Position numbers and translations under genes: made by a program. From positions 6,113-38,112 of the forward strand of contig SUPR01000026.1 of NCBI GenBank assembly GCA_005191425.1: DNA of 32,000 bases, written 5' to 3'. This document shows positions 10,663 to 20,073 of this stretch, in pieces; the first letter of the stretch is position 1; every line of letters begins with the position of its first letter. The notes below the pieces were generated by a model that did not search any database, was not told the origin of the DNA, and saw nothing but the letters and a program-made list of their open reading frames with translations. The stretch comes from Candidatus Helarchaeota ASGARD archaeon Hel_GB_B (GTDB lineage: Archaea > Asgardarchaeota > Lokiarchaeia > Helarchaeales > HEL-GB-B).

Positions 10663-10799
10663 GTCTGAAAAATAAATTGAAATTCCATTACCTTTAATTA
10701 ATAGGAAAGAAATAACCTATGCAAATTAGAAATGAAAAAATTACGACTTTAATAAATGAGAAAGATTTCAGTGATTTTAAAGTAGGATGTGAAGTTTAA

Positions 10800-11759
10800 A
10801 TGGTTTTATTATCTCCAGATCGAAATGAATATAATGATACTCATTCGCTCGAATATGTCAAAAGTTGTCCTGAATGTGGATCAATGGAACTAATCAATGA
10901 TGCAACAAGGGGTGAGACAGTGTGCGCTACATGTGGGCTTGTTATTACCGAAAAAGAAATTGACCGTGGCCCTGAATGGCGTGCATTTAATACAGAAGAG
11001 AAAGATAAAAGAGCTCGGACTGGAGCTCCCACTAGTTATACAATTCATGATAAAGGTCTAAGTACGATTATTGATTGGCATGATAAAGATAGTTATGGTC
11101 GAAAAATCTCGCCAAAACGTCGAGCTCAAATATATCGTTTGAGAAAATGGCAAATTCGGACTCGTGTTCATAGTTCAAGTGCTAGAAATCTTGTTATCGC
11201 AATGTCCGAGTTAGACAGGCTGTCCAGCCAGCTTGGGATCCCTCGTGGAGTTAAAGAGTCTGCTGCCGTTATTTATAGGCGCGCTATAGAGCAGAAAATA
11301 ATAAGAGGGCGTTCAATTGAAGCAATGGTCGCAGCAACAATTTATGCAGCTTGTAGATTAAGAAAAGTCCCTCGAACTCTAGACGAAATCTGTCAATATA
11401 CTAGAGTTAAGAGAAAGGAACTAGGTCGAAGCTATCGCCTTATCATAGGTCGATTGGGTGTAAGAATGCCTGTTGCAAGCCCAACAGACTATCTTTCTAG
11501 GTTTGGTGAAGAATTAAATATCTCAAGCAGAACACAGCAAAGAGCTGCTGAACTTATTGAATTGGCTAAAGAAAAAGGTCTTACTGCGGGGAAAGACCCA
11601 ACAGGTCTTGCAGCAGCTGCAATTTACATTGTTGCAATTCAAGAAGGTGAACGCCGTACTCAACGTGAAATTGCAAAAATAGCTCATGTTACTGAGGTAA
11701 CTGTTAGAAATCGATATAAAGAACTTGTTAAAAAATTGCATTTAAGAGTTGATGTCTAG
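10800..11759 (+). CDS. tfb: Transcription initiation factor IIB (TFB)
   Basis: Zn ribbon CPEC..CATCG, B-finger GPEWRAF, two cyclin repeats, GKDPTGLAAAAIY and VTEVTVRNRYKEL. Confidence 0.98.
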   Translation: MVLLSPDRNEYNDTHSLEYVKSCPECGSMELINDATRGETVCATCGLVITEKEIDRGPEWRAFNTEEKDKRARTGAPTSYTIHDKGLSTIIDWHDKDSYGRKISPKRRAQIYRLRKWQIRTRVHSSSARNLVIAMSELDRLSSQLGIPRGVKESAAVIYRRAIEQKIIRGRSIEAMVAATIYAACRLRKVPRTLDEICQYTRVKRKELGRSYRLIIGRLGVRMPVASPTDYLSRFGEELNISSRTQQRAAELIELAKEKGLTAGKDPTGLAAAAIYIVAIQEGERRTQREIAKIAHVTEVTVRNRYKELVKKLHLRVDV

Positions 11760-11910
11760 TTATTCAAATAAAAAATAATTAAATAAAACTATGGTAAAGA
11801 ATATATCATATTTTCTTTTCTTTTATTAAAATTATATAATTAATATAATTTTCCTTATTTTTATGTGTTTATGAACTAATTTAAAATCTTTAAATTTAAT
11901 ATTAATAATT

Positions 11911-12240
11911 TTAGGGTTCAAAAAACTTCCCAAAAATAGGTGAAAACATTCTTTTTAGGATAATATTATTAAATCTATCCGTTAAAATAATTGCTCTAAC
12001 GAGAAACTTTTCTTTATACTCTTTATCAGCTTCTATAATTTTGTATTTTTCATCTCCACCTTTTAATGAAATTTTATAAATTTCAGGCGTTCTTTCAAAC
12101 CTAGATGGGACTTTTTCCAGTATCCTAATGATTATACCTCCTAATGTGGGGTGAAGACAGAAAAAATTTGTTTCATATTCATTTTTTTGGTGGCTATTTT
12201 TTTTAATTGATACATAAAGTAAGTCCATCCAATCTAACAT
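11911..12240 (-). CDS. Hypothetical protein
   Basis: 109-aa ORF, convergent with tfb; no recognised motif. Confidence 0.55.
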   Translation of the reverse strand: MLDWMDLLYVSIKKNSHQKNEYETNFFCLHPTLGGIIIRILEKVPSRFERTPEIYKISLKGGDEKYKIIEADKEYKEKFLVRAIILTDRFNNIILKRMFSPIFGKFFEP

Positions 12241-12398
12241 AAATTTCTTTAGGATATTTTTATAGAAAACAATTTTAAATGTTAATCTATTTTAGATAGT
12301 CCTTAAATCCATTTTATTCCAATCAAATTAAAACCATCATAATAAATTAAATAATTATCAAGTGAAATTAAATATTTGATTTTTTAAATTTCTAATTA

Positions 12399-13367
12399 AT
12401 GATTAAAAAACAATCCGATATAAATGAAATAATTTTAATATTACAAGATTTGTATGGTAAAAAAAATTGGAAACCTGATATTTCACCCTTAGACATTCTT
12501 ATAAAGACAATTTTGAGTCAAAATACATCCGACCTAAATTCATTTAGAGCTTTTGATAATCTAAAATTAAAATTTCCCGAATGGGATGCCGTTCTAAATA
12601 GTTCTCTAGAAAATATTGAAGATGCTATAAGAATTGGTGGTCTAGCTAAGATTAAATCAAAAAGAATAAAAGAGATTTTAAAAATTATTAAAGAAAAAAC
12701 TGGTGATTTAAATATTAATTTTTTAAAAAATTGGGAAGTTGACGAGGCAAAAAAATGGTTATTATCACTAAAAGGAGTTGGAGAAAAAACGGCAGCTTGT
12801 ACACTAATTTTTGGATTTAATATGCCAATATTTCCAGTCGATACGCATATTTTAAGAGTTTCAAAAAGGCTTGGATTAATTAATGATATTACTTTAGAAA
12901 AAGCACATCAGGAATTAAAAAAAATCTTCCCCCCACATTATTATTATGAAGTGCATTTAAATTTAATTGAACATGGTCGACAAATTTGCCGATCAAATAA
13001 CCCTAAATGTTTAGAATGTAAATTATCTAACTACTGTAATTATTTCAATAAAAATTTAATATTAAAAACAATTGGAAATAAGCAAGATAATATTGATCAT
13101 GATAAATTGTCTAAATTAATATCAGCAAAAATAGATTTAGACCAGTTACTAATTGAATTAGAAAATGAAAATTTAATAAAAAGAAATATCGGTGGCAAAA
13201 AAGATAATTTAACAATTACCGAGTTAGGCATTGCATTTACCAATATCAATAAAAGAAATAAACAAGAAATTATAAAAAATCTGTTAAAAATCGGATATAA
13301 AAAGAAAGAATTAATTAAGCTTTTTAATATTTCAAAAAAACAAATTGATAAGATAAAATTCGATTAA
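12399..13367 (+). CDS. nth: Endonuclease III-family HhH-GPD DNA glycosylase with ~100-aa C-terminal extension
   Basis: ILSQNT, HhH LKGVGEKTA, PVDTH and [4Fe-4S] loop C-x6-C-x2-C-x5-C. Confidence 0.92.
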   Translation: MIKKQSDINEIILILQDLYGKKNWKPDISPLDILIKTILSQNTSDLNSFRAFDNLKLKFPEWDAVLNSSLENIEDAIRIGGLAKIKSKRIKEILKIIKEKTGDLNINFLKNWEVDEAKKWLLSLKGVGEKTAACTLIFGFNMPIFPVDTHILRVSKRLGLINDITLEKAHQELKKIFPPHYYYEVHLNLIEHGRQICRSNNPKCLECKLSNYCNYFNKNLILKTIGNKQDNIDHDKLSKLISAKIDLDQLLIELENENLIKRNIGGKKDNLTITELGIAFTNINKRNKQEIIKNLLKIGYKKKELIKLFNISKKQIDKIKFD

Positions 13368-14503
13368 AATTTATTTTTTAATTTACTCCGCATACTTTTT
13401 AATTTTCTATCATCAAAAATCTTAAGATACTTGTTCCATTCAATTAATTCTTTTAAATTTCTCAGATATGATTCTTTTTCATTTTCATTTTTAGGATCCA
13501 AATAGAATATAATCAAGGAAGAGGCTTCTTCAGGGAGAATATCTGCGTCATATAACCGATTAAATATTTTTAATGGAATATATTTATCAATACCAATTCT
13601 TTTTATTAGATATCTTTGTGCTATATTTATAAATTTTCGATATTTCTTTTTATTCATTTGTCTAAAAATTGTTTTATATTGTTTTTCTAGTTGTATTGGT
13701 GTAAGTTCATCAAAACTTTTTCTTAAAAAATGCTCATCAATTGAATTAATTAATTTTAATTTGATTATTTCATCTTTAACTAAAGTGATATCACGAAAAG
13801 TTTTATTTCTTATAAAATTTTTTACATAATCTTGTAATAATTCTTCTTTATTATCCGCATTATTATATATCATTCTAAATAATTCGACATCGTAATTTGT
13901 CTCCTTCCAATAAAATGAAAAATCCTTAAACAAATATTTTATTAATTTTGATACTTTTTCTTTTTTAAACTCATCAACTCCAAGTCCATAAAAGATAACA
14001 GCCCCTTTTCCTTCGTGATAGATATAATAGACTGGTTCAAATTCTCCTTCTATTAAAATTTCTTCAGAATCAAACTTTTTATAATTAGTGAGAAAATGTA
14101 CATATCTATTAGCAGGCTTTTTATTACTCTGGAAATAATCCTTATCAATATTAATAATATGATTTGTTTTATGTAATAACACTCTTTTTGTAATAATTTC
14201 CGGCTCAATTTCAAAAAATGTAAAAATTTTTGAATCTATAAAATAATTTAAATCTTCTTCTATAGGTGAAACTACAAATATTGCTTTTCCTCCTCCAAGA
14301 ATAAAATCGAAGATTATTCTTGCTTGTTCAAATTCTAATTTATTTTTTTTAATTTCTTTCGGAGAAGTTATTATTAATACTGTATTATTATCAAGGTGAT
14401 CTGGAATAGAATCAATACTCTCACATTTTAAATTGTTCATATTGTTTAATTCTTCAAGTTGACCAAATAGGAGTATTTTTATTTGTTTCATAATTATATC
14501 CAT
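13364..14503 (-). CDS. Hypothetical protein; N-terminal half resembles a non-catalytic class I GATase-like fold, C-terminal half helical
   Basis: 379-aa ORF; 'IFDFILGGGKAIFV' and 'GKGAVIFYG' are typical GATase1-like strands (weak). Confidence 0.6.
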   Translation of the reverse strand: MDIIMKQIKILLFGQLEELNNMNNLKCESIDSIPDHLDNNTVLIITSPKEIKKNKLEFEQARIIFDFILGGGKAIFVVSPIEEDLNYFIDSKIFTFFEIEPEIITKRVLLHKTNHIINIDKDYFQSNKKPANRYVHFLTNYKKFDSEEILIEGEFEPVYYIYHEGKGAVIFYGLGVDEFKKEKVSKLIKYLFKDFSFYWKETNYDVELFRMIYNNADNKEELLQDYVKNFIRNKTFRDITLVKDEIIKLKLINSIDEHFLRKSFDELTPIQLEKQYKTIFRQMNKKKYRKFINIAQRYLIKRIGIDKYIPLKIFNRLYDADILPEEASSLIIFYLDPKNENEKESYLRNLKELIEWNKYLKIFDDRKLKSMRSKLKNKF

Positions 14504-15063
14504 CCAATATAGTTAAAGATGATCATAATTCAATTGATTTATTTTAAAGAAAATATTCAATTTAATTAAATCTTTTCTATATCATATAAATTAAAAGATG
14601 AACTTTTTTTTAAAATTAAACTTTTTAAAATTTCAGAATAAAATTCCAAAAAAAAGCTAAATTAAATAAAAAATTAAAAAAGCTAAATTATTTATCATTA
14701 AAAATTGCATTTCAATTCAATTAAGATTAATGATATAATGATTATAGATTTAATTAGATAAAATGCTTGAAATGTATGTAGAAAAGCAATTATTTTTTTG
14801 ATATATCCATTTAAATTAAATATAAACGAACAACGAATTTTTACCAAAATTCATATCCAATCAAAATCTTTTATTTACATAGTAAAAAAGAATATAAATA
14901 TTATTATGATTTAAGATTTAATTTTCAAAAATAGAAAATAAAATTATAATATGAAAATAAAATCAATGTATCAAAATAAATAAAATGAGTTACAAAAATT
15001 TAAGAAAATATCTAAAAATATTTTTTTACTAAATCTAAATAATAAAGTATTAAATGAATTAGA

Positions 15064-15393
15064 ATGAAAAAATCTCGATTAACATTTGTATGTACTCAAT
15101 TGGGAGTAACTGATTATTTATCATGGCATAATGAAAATACATTCAATGATTTAATTGTTAATTTGAAGCAAAAATATGAAAATCAAGTCTTGAAATACTT
15201 AAGAAAAAATTTTCAAAATATTCGAGAAAACATTACATTAAATGAAATTACTATTAAATTACATTATTTTGATAAGGAAGGAAATATTTTATCTATTGGA
15301 AATTTTGTTCCGGTTATTGAGATTATATCAAAAGGAATTAATAAAATATATTGGGATCCAGAGCCAATAGGAGGTATTATGTATCTCACGTGA
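15064..15393 (+). CDS. Ubiquitin-like beta-grasp protein with GG followed by a 5-residue tail (...WDPEPIGG-IMYLT)
   Basis: Predicted beta-beta-alpha-beta-beta-beta pattern, diglycine near the C-terminus, adjacent E2-like and JAB genes. Confidence 0.75.
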   Translation: MKKSRLTFVCTQLGVTDYLSWHNENTFNDLIVNLKQKYENQVLKYLRKNFQNIRENITLNEITIKLHYFDKEGNILSIGNFVPVIEIISKGINKIYWDPEPIGGIMYLT

Positions 15394-15421
15394 AAAATTC
15401 GCTGAGCATATTTATGATTTA

Positions 15422-15736
15422 TTGACCAGAAAAGGTTATTATTCAAATACATGGAGTTTAATAGATAAGAAAAATTATTCAAAAGGAATATTTAGTTATT
15501 TAGTAAATAGTAAAAATCAAATTTTTGTTGTAGAAATATTATATAATGAGAATTACCCAAATAGACCTCCAATAGTCCATAGCAGTCCTTCTATTCGCGA
15601 TCCTTGCTGGGATTCTAGAGGATATCTTCATTTTGCGGTAGCAGGGCGCGATTTTGCATGGAGTATATTTAAAAAGTCTTCTAACCCATTAATATATCTC
15701 ATTGATGAGTTAGCCATAAAATATAAAATAATATAA
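15422..15736 (+). CDS. E2/UBC-fold protein (frame is open from 15371; true start uncertain)
   Basis: FVVEILYNENYPNRPPIVH matches the UBC F.l.i.fp..YP..PP.v motif, followed by a D-P-C-W-D-S-R-G-Y-L-H segment and downstream W. Confidence 0.75.
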   Translation: MTRKGYYSNTWSLIDKKNYSKGIFSYLVNSKNQIFVVEILYNENYPNRPPIVHSSPSIRDPCWDSRGYLHFAVAGRDFAWSIFKKSSNPLIYLIDELAIKYKII

Positions 15737-15781
15737 ATTGAGTTCAAATAATACTACGAATTTATAATTTAACCAAGAAAA

Positions 15782-16834
15782 TTGATAGAAATGTTAGTAA
15801 TAGTTAAAGATAAGACAATTGAAGAATGTAAAAACGAAGTAAATGAATTTTTGAAGGGAAAATCATTTCATGAGGTTGGTGGATATTTAATTGGTACATA
15901 TGATTATGATGCATCTATTGAATTATTTTTTTTAGATAAAAAAGCGGAATCTACTTCTACTAGAATTAAATTGAGTAGTGATTCCTTCCTTGAAGTCGAA
16001 AAATTATTAACCAAATTTCCAAATTTTCAATATTTAGGGACATGGCATGTCCATCCTGGAAAAGGATTACCAATCAAATCTGAAATCGATGAAGCCACTT
16101 TATTTTTAGAACGATTTGTAATAGAGACCGATAATCCAGAGCAATACAAATGCCCAAGGATTCATATTATATTTAATGAAAATTTCACCGAAATTAAGTG
16201 TTATACAATGAATTTAGACTTAGATTATGAATTATTTGAAGTTGAATCAATGACAAAATCAAATTTAGATTTGTTAGACATTATTAATATAATCAAGGAG
16301 AAATTAAACGAAATTGAAATATCAAATGGTAAAATAGATTTAGATGATTTAGAGGACATTTATAATAATTTAGTTGAAATTAGAGATATGATTGACGGGT
16401 CTTTAGATTCACTTGAATCATTATTTATATTTGAAGAATTCAAGGAAATTTTTTATAATAATACTGAAAATATCGAAAACATTATTTTATCAAATATAAG
16501 AAATAATGTTAATATTGGAATTCTAACTATGACCGATAAAAAAGTTATTATTGGTCTACCTTATCACCCTGAAATTATAGATTCTGCTGATGTTAATTCA
16601 GAACTTTTTGGATTTTGGAAGTATTTTCCCTATACAAAAATTGATTTATCATTTGAAAAAATTTTTCTAACGAATTTCTATCTAAAAACAAAAGAAGAAT
16701 ATAGCAATCAATTTTTTTATTTCAGGTGCAATAAAGAGCTCCGCATAGAGCCATTTGTAGTAAGGTTTAATTCATATGATGGACTAAGATATGATGAAGT
16801 AGAATTAAATATAATTAAAGACTCAGATTTCTGA
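15782..16834 (+). CDS. JAB/MPN+ (JAMM) metalloprotease with coiled-coil linker and C-terminal domain (start probably ATG 15791)
   Basis: E-VGGYLIG and GTWHVHPGKGLPIKSEID (E...HxH...SxxD JAMM motif). Confidence 0.88.
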   Translation: MIEMLVIVKDKTIEECKNEVNEFLKGKSFHEVGGYLIGTYDYDASIELFFLDKKAESTSTRIKLSSDSFLEVEKLLTKFPNFQYLGTWHVHPGKGLPIKSEIDEATLFLERFVIETDNPEQYKCPRIHIIFNENFTEIKCYTMNLDLDYELFEVESMTKSNLDLLDIINIIKEKLNEIEISNGKIDLDDLEDIYNNLVEIRDMIDGSLDSLESLFIFEEFKEIFYNNTENIENIILSNIRNNVNIGILTMTDKKVIIGLPYHPEIIDSADVNSELFGFWKYFPYTKIDLSFEKIFLTNFYLKTKEEYSNQFFYFRCNKELRIEPFVVRFNSYDGLRYDEVELNIIKDSDF

Positions 16835-16845
16835 TCTTATATATT

Positions 16846-17985
16846 TTAGATATTATATCCTATTATGTCCAAATAATAATTTTTTATTCTTTCTTCTAGA
16901 ATACCTTCCACATTATCTGTTAATGGTTTTAATAATAGTGCAATTGGTCGTTGATCTCCCATAAACCCAGCAGAATCAAAATCTTTATTACCATAATATG
17001 GAAGTTCAGCATTAACAACGGCAACTCCGCCTTTCATCGACCTAATTAATGTAGAAATAAATGCTTTTTTTTCATCTGAAGTTATGTCGTCCTTAAATAC
17101 TGAGAAAATCCAAAATCCAAGTGGGACTGTATCTACTTCCATACGAACTTCGTAAACATAATAAAGCTGTGCCCCTAAAACTTCATTTCCCTCTTTCCAA
17201 ACTTTAAAAAACCCACCAAACGGTGTATTTGGGTACTTTTCTCTCAATTTTGTATAATCCCATGAGCTAATATCTAAAACGCTGTTTACCATTTCAACAA
17301 ATTCTTGTTTAGTCCATATTCGTGCTAATGGATATTTTTTTGAAAAGTTATTTAATAAATGAATAACCTGGTCATAATCATCAGATGTGGCGTCCAAAAT
17401 TTTTCCCCGTTCAATATCAGCTTTTTTCAAGCCCGCGACCAGTTTAGCTGCATTATATTCAAGAGCATTCATTTTTCTAGCACCTTTTAATAAATCTAAC
17501 CCTTCTCTCCCAACAATCTTTATTAGGGCTTCACTATTTTTTCTACCCTTTATTAGCCCAAAACCTCTAGAATTTAAAAAATCAATATCATCTTGCTCTT
17601 CTTTTTTCAAGAGTGCAGCATATATAACATCATGTTTGCCATCAATTATTTTTTCAATTAAATAGTCAACGAGTTCCTCTTTTATACTCTTTTTACTCCA
17701 ATAATCTGGGTCAATCGCCACCCTTCCCAATCCCGAAATTTTAATATTTTTTTGATTGTATTTTCCATTGACTGAACTAGCTCCGATCACACCAATTAAT
17801 TTATTGTCATAGAATGCTCCAATATTATATTTTAAACCCCCAAATATATATTTGGCATAATTTTCAGTGTATGGTGGTCCTTCTTGGTCTTCAATTCGGT
17901 TCTGAAAGATGGCCTTACGGAATTTATCGCATAATACAGAAATTTCCTTGTAATTACCTTTTACATCCTTAATTTCAATATTCAT
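16846..17985 (-). CDS. Tandem-GNAT acyltransferase, N-myristoyltransferase-like
   Basis: GNAT motif A 'LGRVAIDPDYWSKK', upstream 'GAFYDNKLIGVIGA' and second-domain 'DYDQVIHLLNNFSKKYPLARIWTKQEF'. Confidence 0.75.
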   Translation of the reverse strand: MNIEIKDVKGNYKEISVLCDKFRKAIFQNRIEDQEGPPYTENYAKYIFGGLKYNIGAFYDNKLIGVIGASSVNGKYNQKNIKISGLGRVAIDPDYWSKKSIKEELVDYLIEKIIDGKHDVIYAALLKKEEQDDIDFLNSRGFGLIKGRKNSEALIKIVGREGLDLLKGARKMNALEYNAAKLVAGLKKADIERGKILDATSDDYDQVIHLLNNFSKKYPLARIWTKQEFVEMVNSVLDISSWDYTKLREKYPNTPFGGFFKVWKEGNEVLGAQLYYVYEVRMEVDTVPLGFWIFSVFKDDITSDEKKAFISTLIRSMKGGVAVVNAELPYYGNKDFDSAGFMGDQRPIALLLKPLTDNVEGILEERIKNYYLDIIGYNI

Positions 17986-18242
17986 TATATTCCACTCTAA
18001 ACTAAAATAAAATTATAATCTTAATATTTATTTGATATAATTATAACATAATTTTTAATTTGTTTTTGTTTTAAATAATTTGATTAAGTTAGAAATAATT
18101 TATAGATGTTTCGATGGATGTACAAATTATTATGAAATTTAAAAAAAGAGAATTTGAAAATAATATAAAATCAGACGAAATAAAATCAGTTTGAAATTAT
18201 TATTTAGTTAATGTCTAATAATATGTTAATAAATTATGGGCT

Positions 18243-18920
18243 ATGATAAAAATGAGTGAATTTGAGGAACAAAAAAAGATAGTTTTAGATGCAGCTAAGA
18301 CTTTTTTAAGAACCGGGCTTACTGTAGGGACTTCAGGTAATATTAGTCTAAGGACAGGCAAAAAAGCCACTACTATGGCAATAACTCCTAGTAGTAGAGA
18401 ATATGACGAATTGACTTTGGACGATATAATAATTGTAGACTTCTCAGATGAAGAAGATAATATCAAAGTTATTGAAGGAAATTGGTCTCCATCTTCAGAA
18501 ACAATTTTGCATTCATATATTTATAAAAAAAGAAAAAAGATTAACGCAATAATTCATTATCACCCAGTATTCTCAACAGCATGTGGTCTTGTTCTAGATG
18601 AATTACCTGCAATTCTTGATGACCAGACTTTTTTCCTTGGTGGAGCAATACCTGTTACAAAAGAATATGCAGTTTCTGGCTCGAAAGAGCTTGCTCGTCA
18701 AGTACAAGAACTTATTGCTAATACAAATGCAATAATTATTAGAAATCATGGTTCTATCGGAATTGGAAAAAACATTGAATATGCTTTTGAAGCATGTCAG
18801 TTATTGGAGAAAACCGCAAAGATTTATGTTTATGCTAAATTATTGGGTGGAAACATTAAATTTATGGACGAAAAGTCAATAAAAAATAATATCGGCCTAT
18901 TTAAAGCGATAAGAAAATAA
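18243..18920 (+). CDS. Class II aldolase/adducin-family protein (FucA-like)
   Basis: GTSGNIS, ITPSS, PSSE..LH, Zn-binding HYH and NHG motifs. Confidence 0.92.
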   Translation: MIKMSEFEEQKKIVLDAAKTFLRTGLTVGTSGNISLRTGKKATTMAITPSSREYDELTLDDIIIVDFSDEEDNIKVIEGNWSPSSETILHSYIYKKRKKINAIIHYHPVFSTACGLVLDELPAILDDQTFFLGGAIPVTKEYAVSGSKELARQVQELIANTNAIIIRNHGSIGIGKNIEYAFEACQLLEKTAKIYVYAKLLGGNIKFMDEKSIKNNIGLFKAIRK

Positions 18921-18955
18921 ATTTTTCAAAAATTAATAAAATTAACTGACCTTTT

Positions 18956-20053
18956 ATGAATAAAAAAAACATAACCGTCCTATTTCAAAATCCGGACACT
19001 TTAGATTCGATTGAAATTAAAATTGAAAATAAAAATTATTATATAAGAGATATTGCCGAACAAATAATAGACAAATTTAATTTAAAATCTCCTCCAATAT
19101 TTTTTACGATTTTTAAAGACAAACCAACTGAAAATCAATATTTAGAAGAAAATGATAAATTAATTGATGTATTAGAAAAAAGATTAGATGAAAAAATACC
19201 TATTTGGTGGCGGTCTAGTGATTTAAATGAAGACATTATGTATAATTTAAGAGTTAACAGATTTATTAAATCTGGATATAAAATCGATATAATCAAAAAT
19301 AAGAATATTATGATCGTAGGTATTGGGCTATTAGGCTCAGAACTTGCTTTACATTGCGCCACAATTGGTATTAAAAATATTACGGTTATTGATTATGGTT
19401 CTGTAGACTGGTATAATATTTATAGACAACCTTTATACACTAAAAATGATGTATTTAAAAGAAAAGTAGATGTGGCAAAAAATAAACTAGAATCAATAGG
19501 TGGAATAAATGTCAATTCAATATACATAGAAATTCCAAATTTTAATTCCTTGAATATAGAAAAAGATGTTGTTTTAAAGAACATCAATATATTAGAAAAA
19601 GCAGTAGAAAAAAATGACATAATTATCACCTCTTTGGATACTTTTAGTGCTAGAATGATAATTCAAATCCTTGCACTTGTCCATAATAAAATTTTAATAA
19701 ATACAGCTGCAGGTCTTATCGGGGGGATTATTCAAATTATAAGACCTTTTCAAGACCCTTGTATTGGATGCGGTACATTTTATGATAGAAATCAAGAAAC
19801 TGGTGCATGTACATTAGCTTCCTTTGGAACTCCTAAAATAATTGCTGGATTATGTATTGATGTCCTACTTGACTTAATAGAAAACAGAAAAATAGAATTT
19901 AATTATTTAAAATTCCTTCCAAATTACACTATTGAGACTAAAACTTTCTTTAAGGCAGATAATTGTCAATTCTGTGGTGAAAATGGCATTGCTTCAGTGT
20001 ACAATAAAAATTATAAAAAGGAATTACTCAACTGGTTATTTAATAATCATTAA
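18956..20053 (+). CDS. ThiF/MoeB/E1-like adenylating enzyme with N-terminal beta-grasp-like domain
   Basis: VGIGLLG, D...V..YNIYRQ, K, LDTFSAR, two CxxC Zn pairs (PCIGC, NCQFC) and candidate catalytic Cys in TGAC (19808-19810). Confidence 0.9.
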   Translation: MNKKNITVLFQNPDTLDSIEIKIENKNYYIRDIAEQIIDKFNLKSPPIFFTIFKDKPTENQYLEENDKLIDVLEKRLDEKIPIWWRSSDLNEDIMYNLRVNRFIKSGYKIDIIKNKNIMIVGIGLLGSELALHCATIGIKNITVIDYGSVDWYNIYRQPLYTKNDVFKRKVDVAKNKLESIGGINVNSIYIEIPNFNSLNIEKDVVLKNINILEKAVEKNDIIITSLDTFSARMIIQILALVHNKILINTAAGLIGGIIQIIRPFQDPCIGCGTFYDRNQETGACTLASFGTPKIIAGLCIDVLLDLIENRKIEFNYLKFLPNYTIETKTFFKADNCQFCGENGIASVYNKNYKKELLNWLFNNH

Positions 20054-20073
20054 ATGCTTATAATTTAATCAAT

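Noticed and set aside
15064-15393. Interpreting the Ubl as a ThiS/MoaD/SAMP sulfur carrier
   Set aside because: GG is not terminal, the neighbours are E2 and JAB, and no cofactor-synthesis genes are adjacent. Disfavoured rather than excluded.
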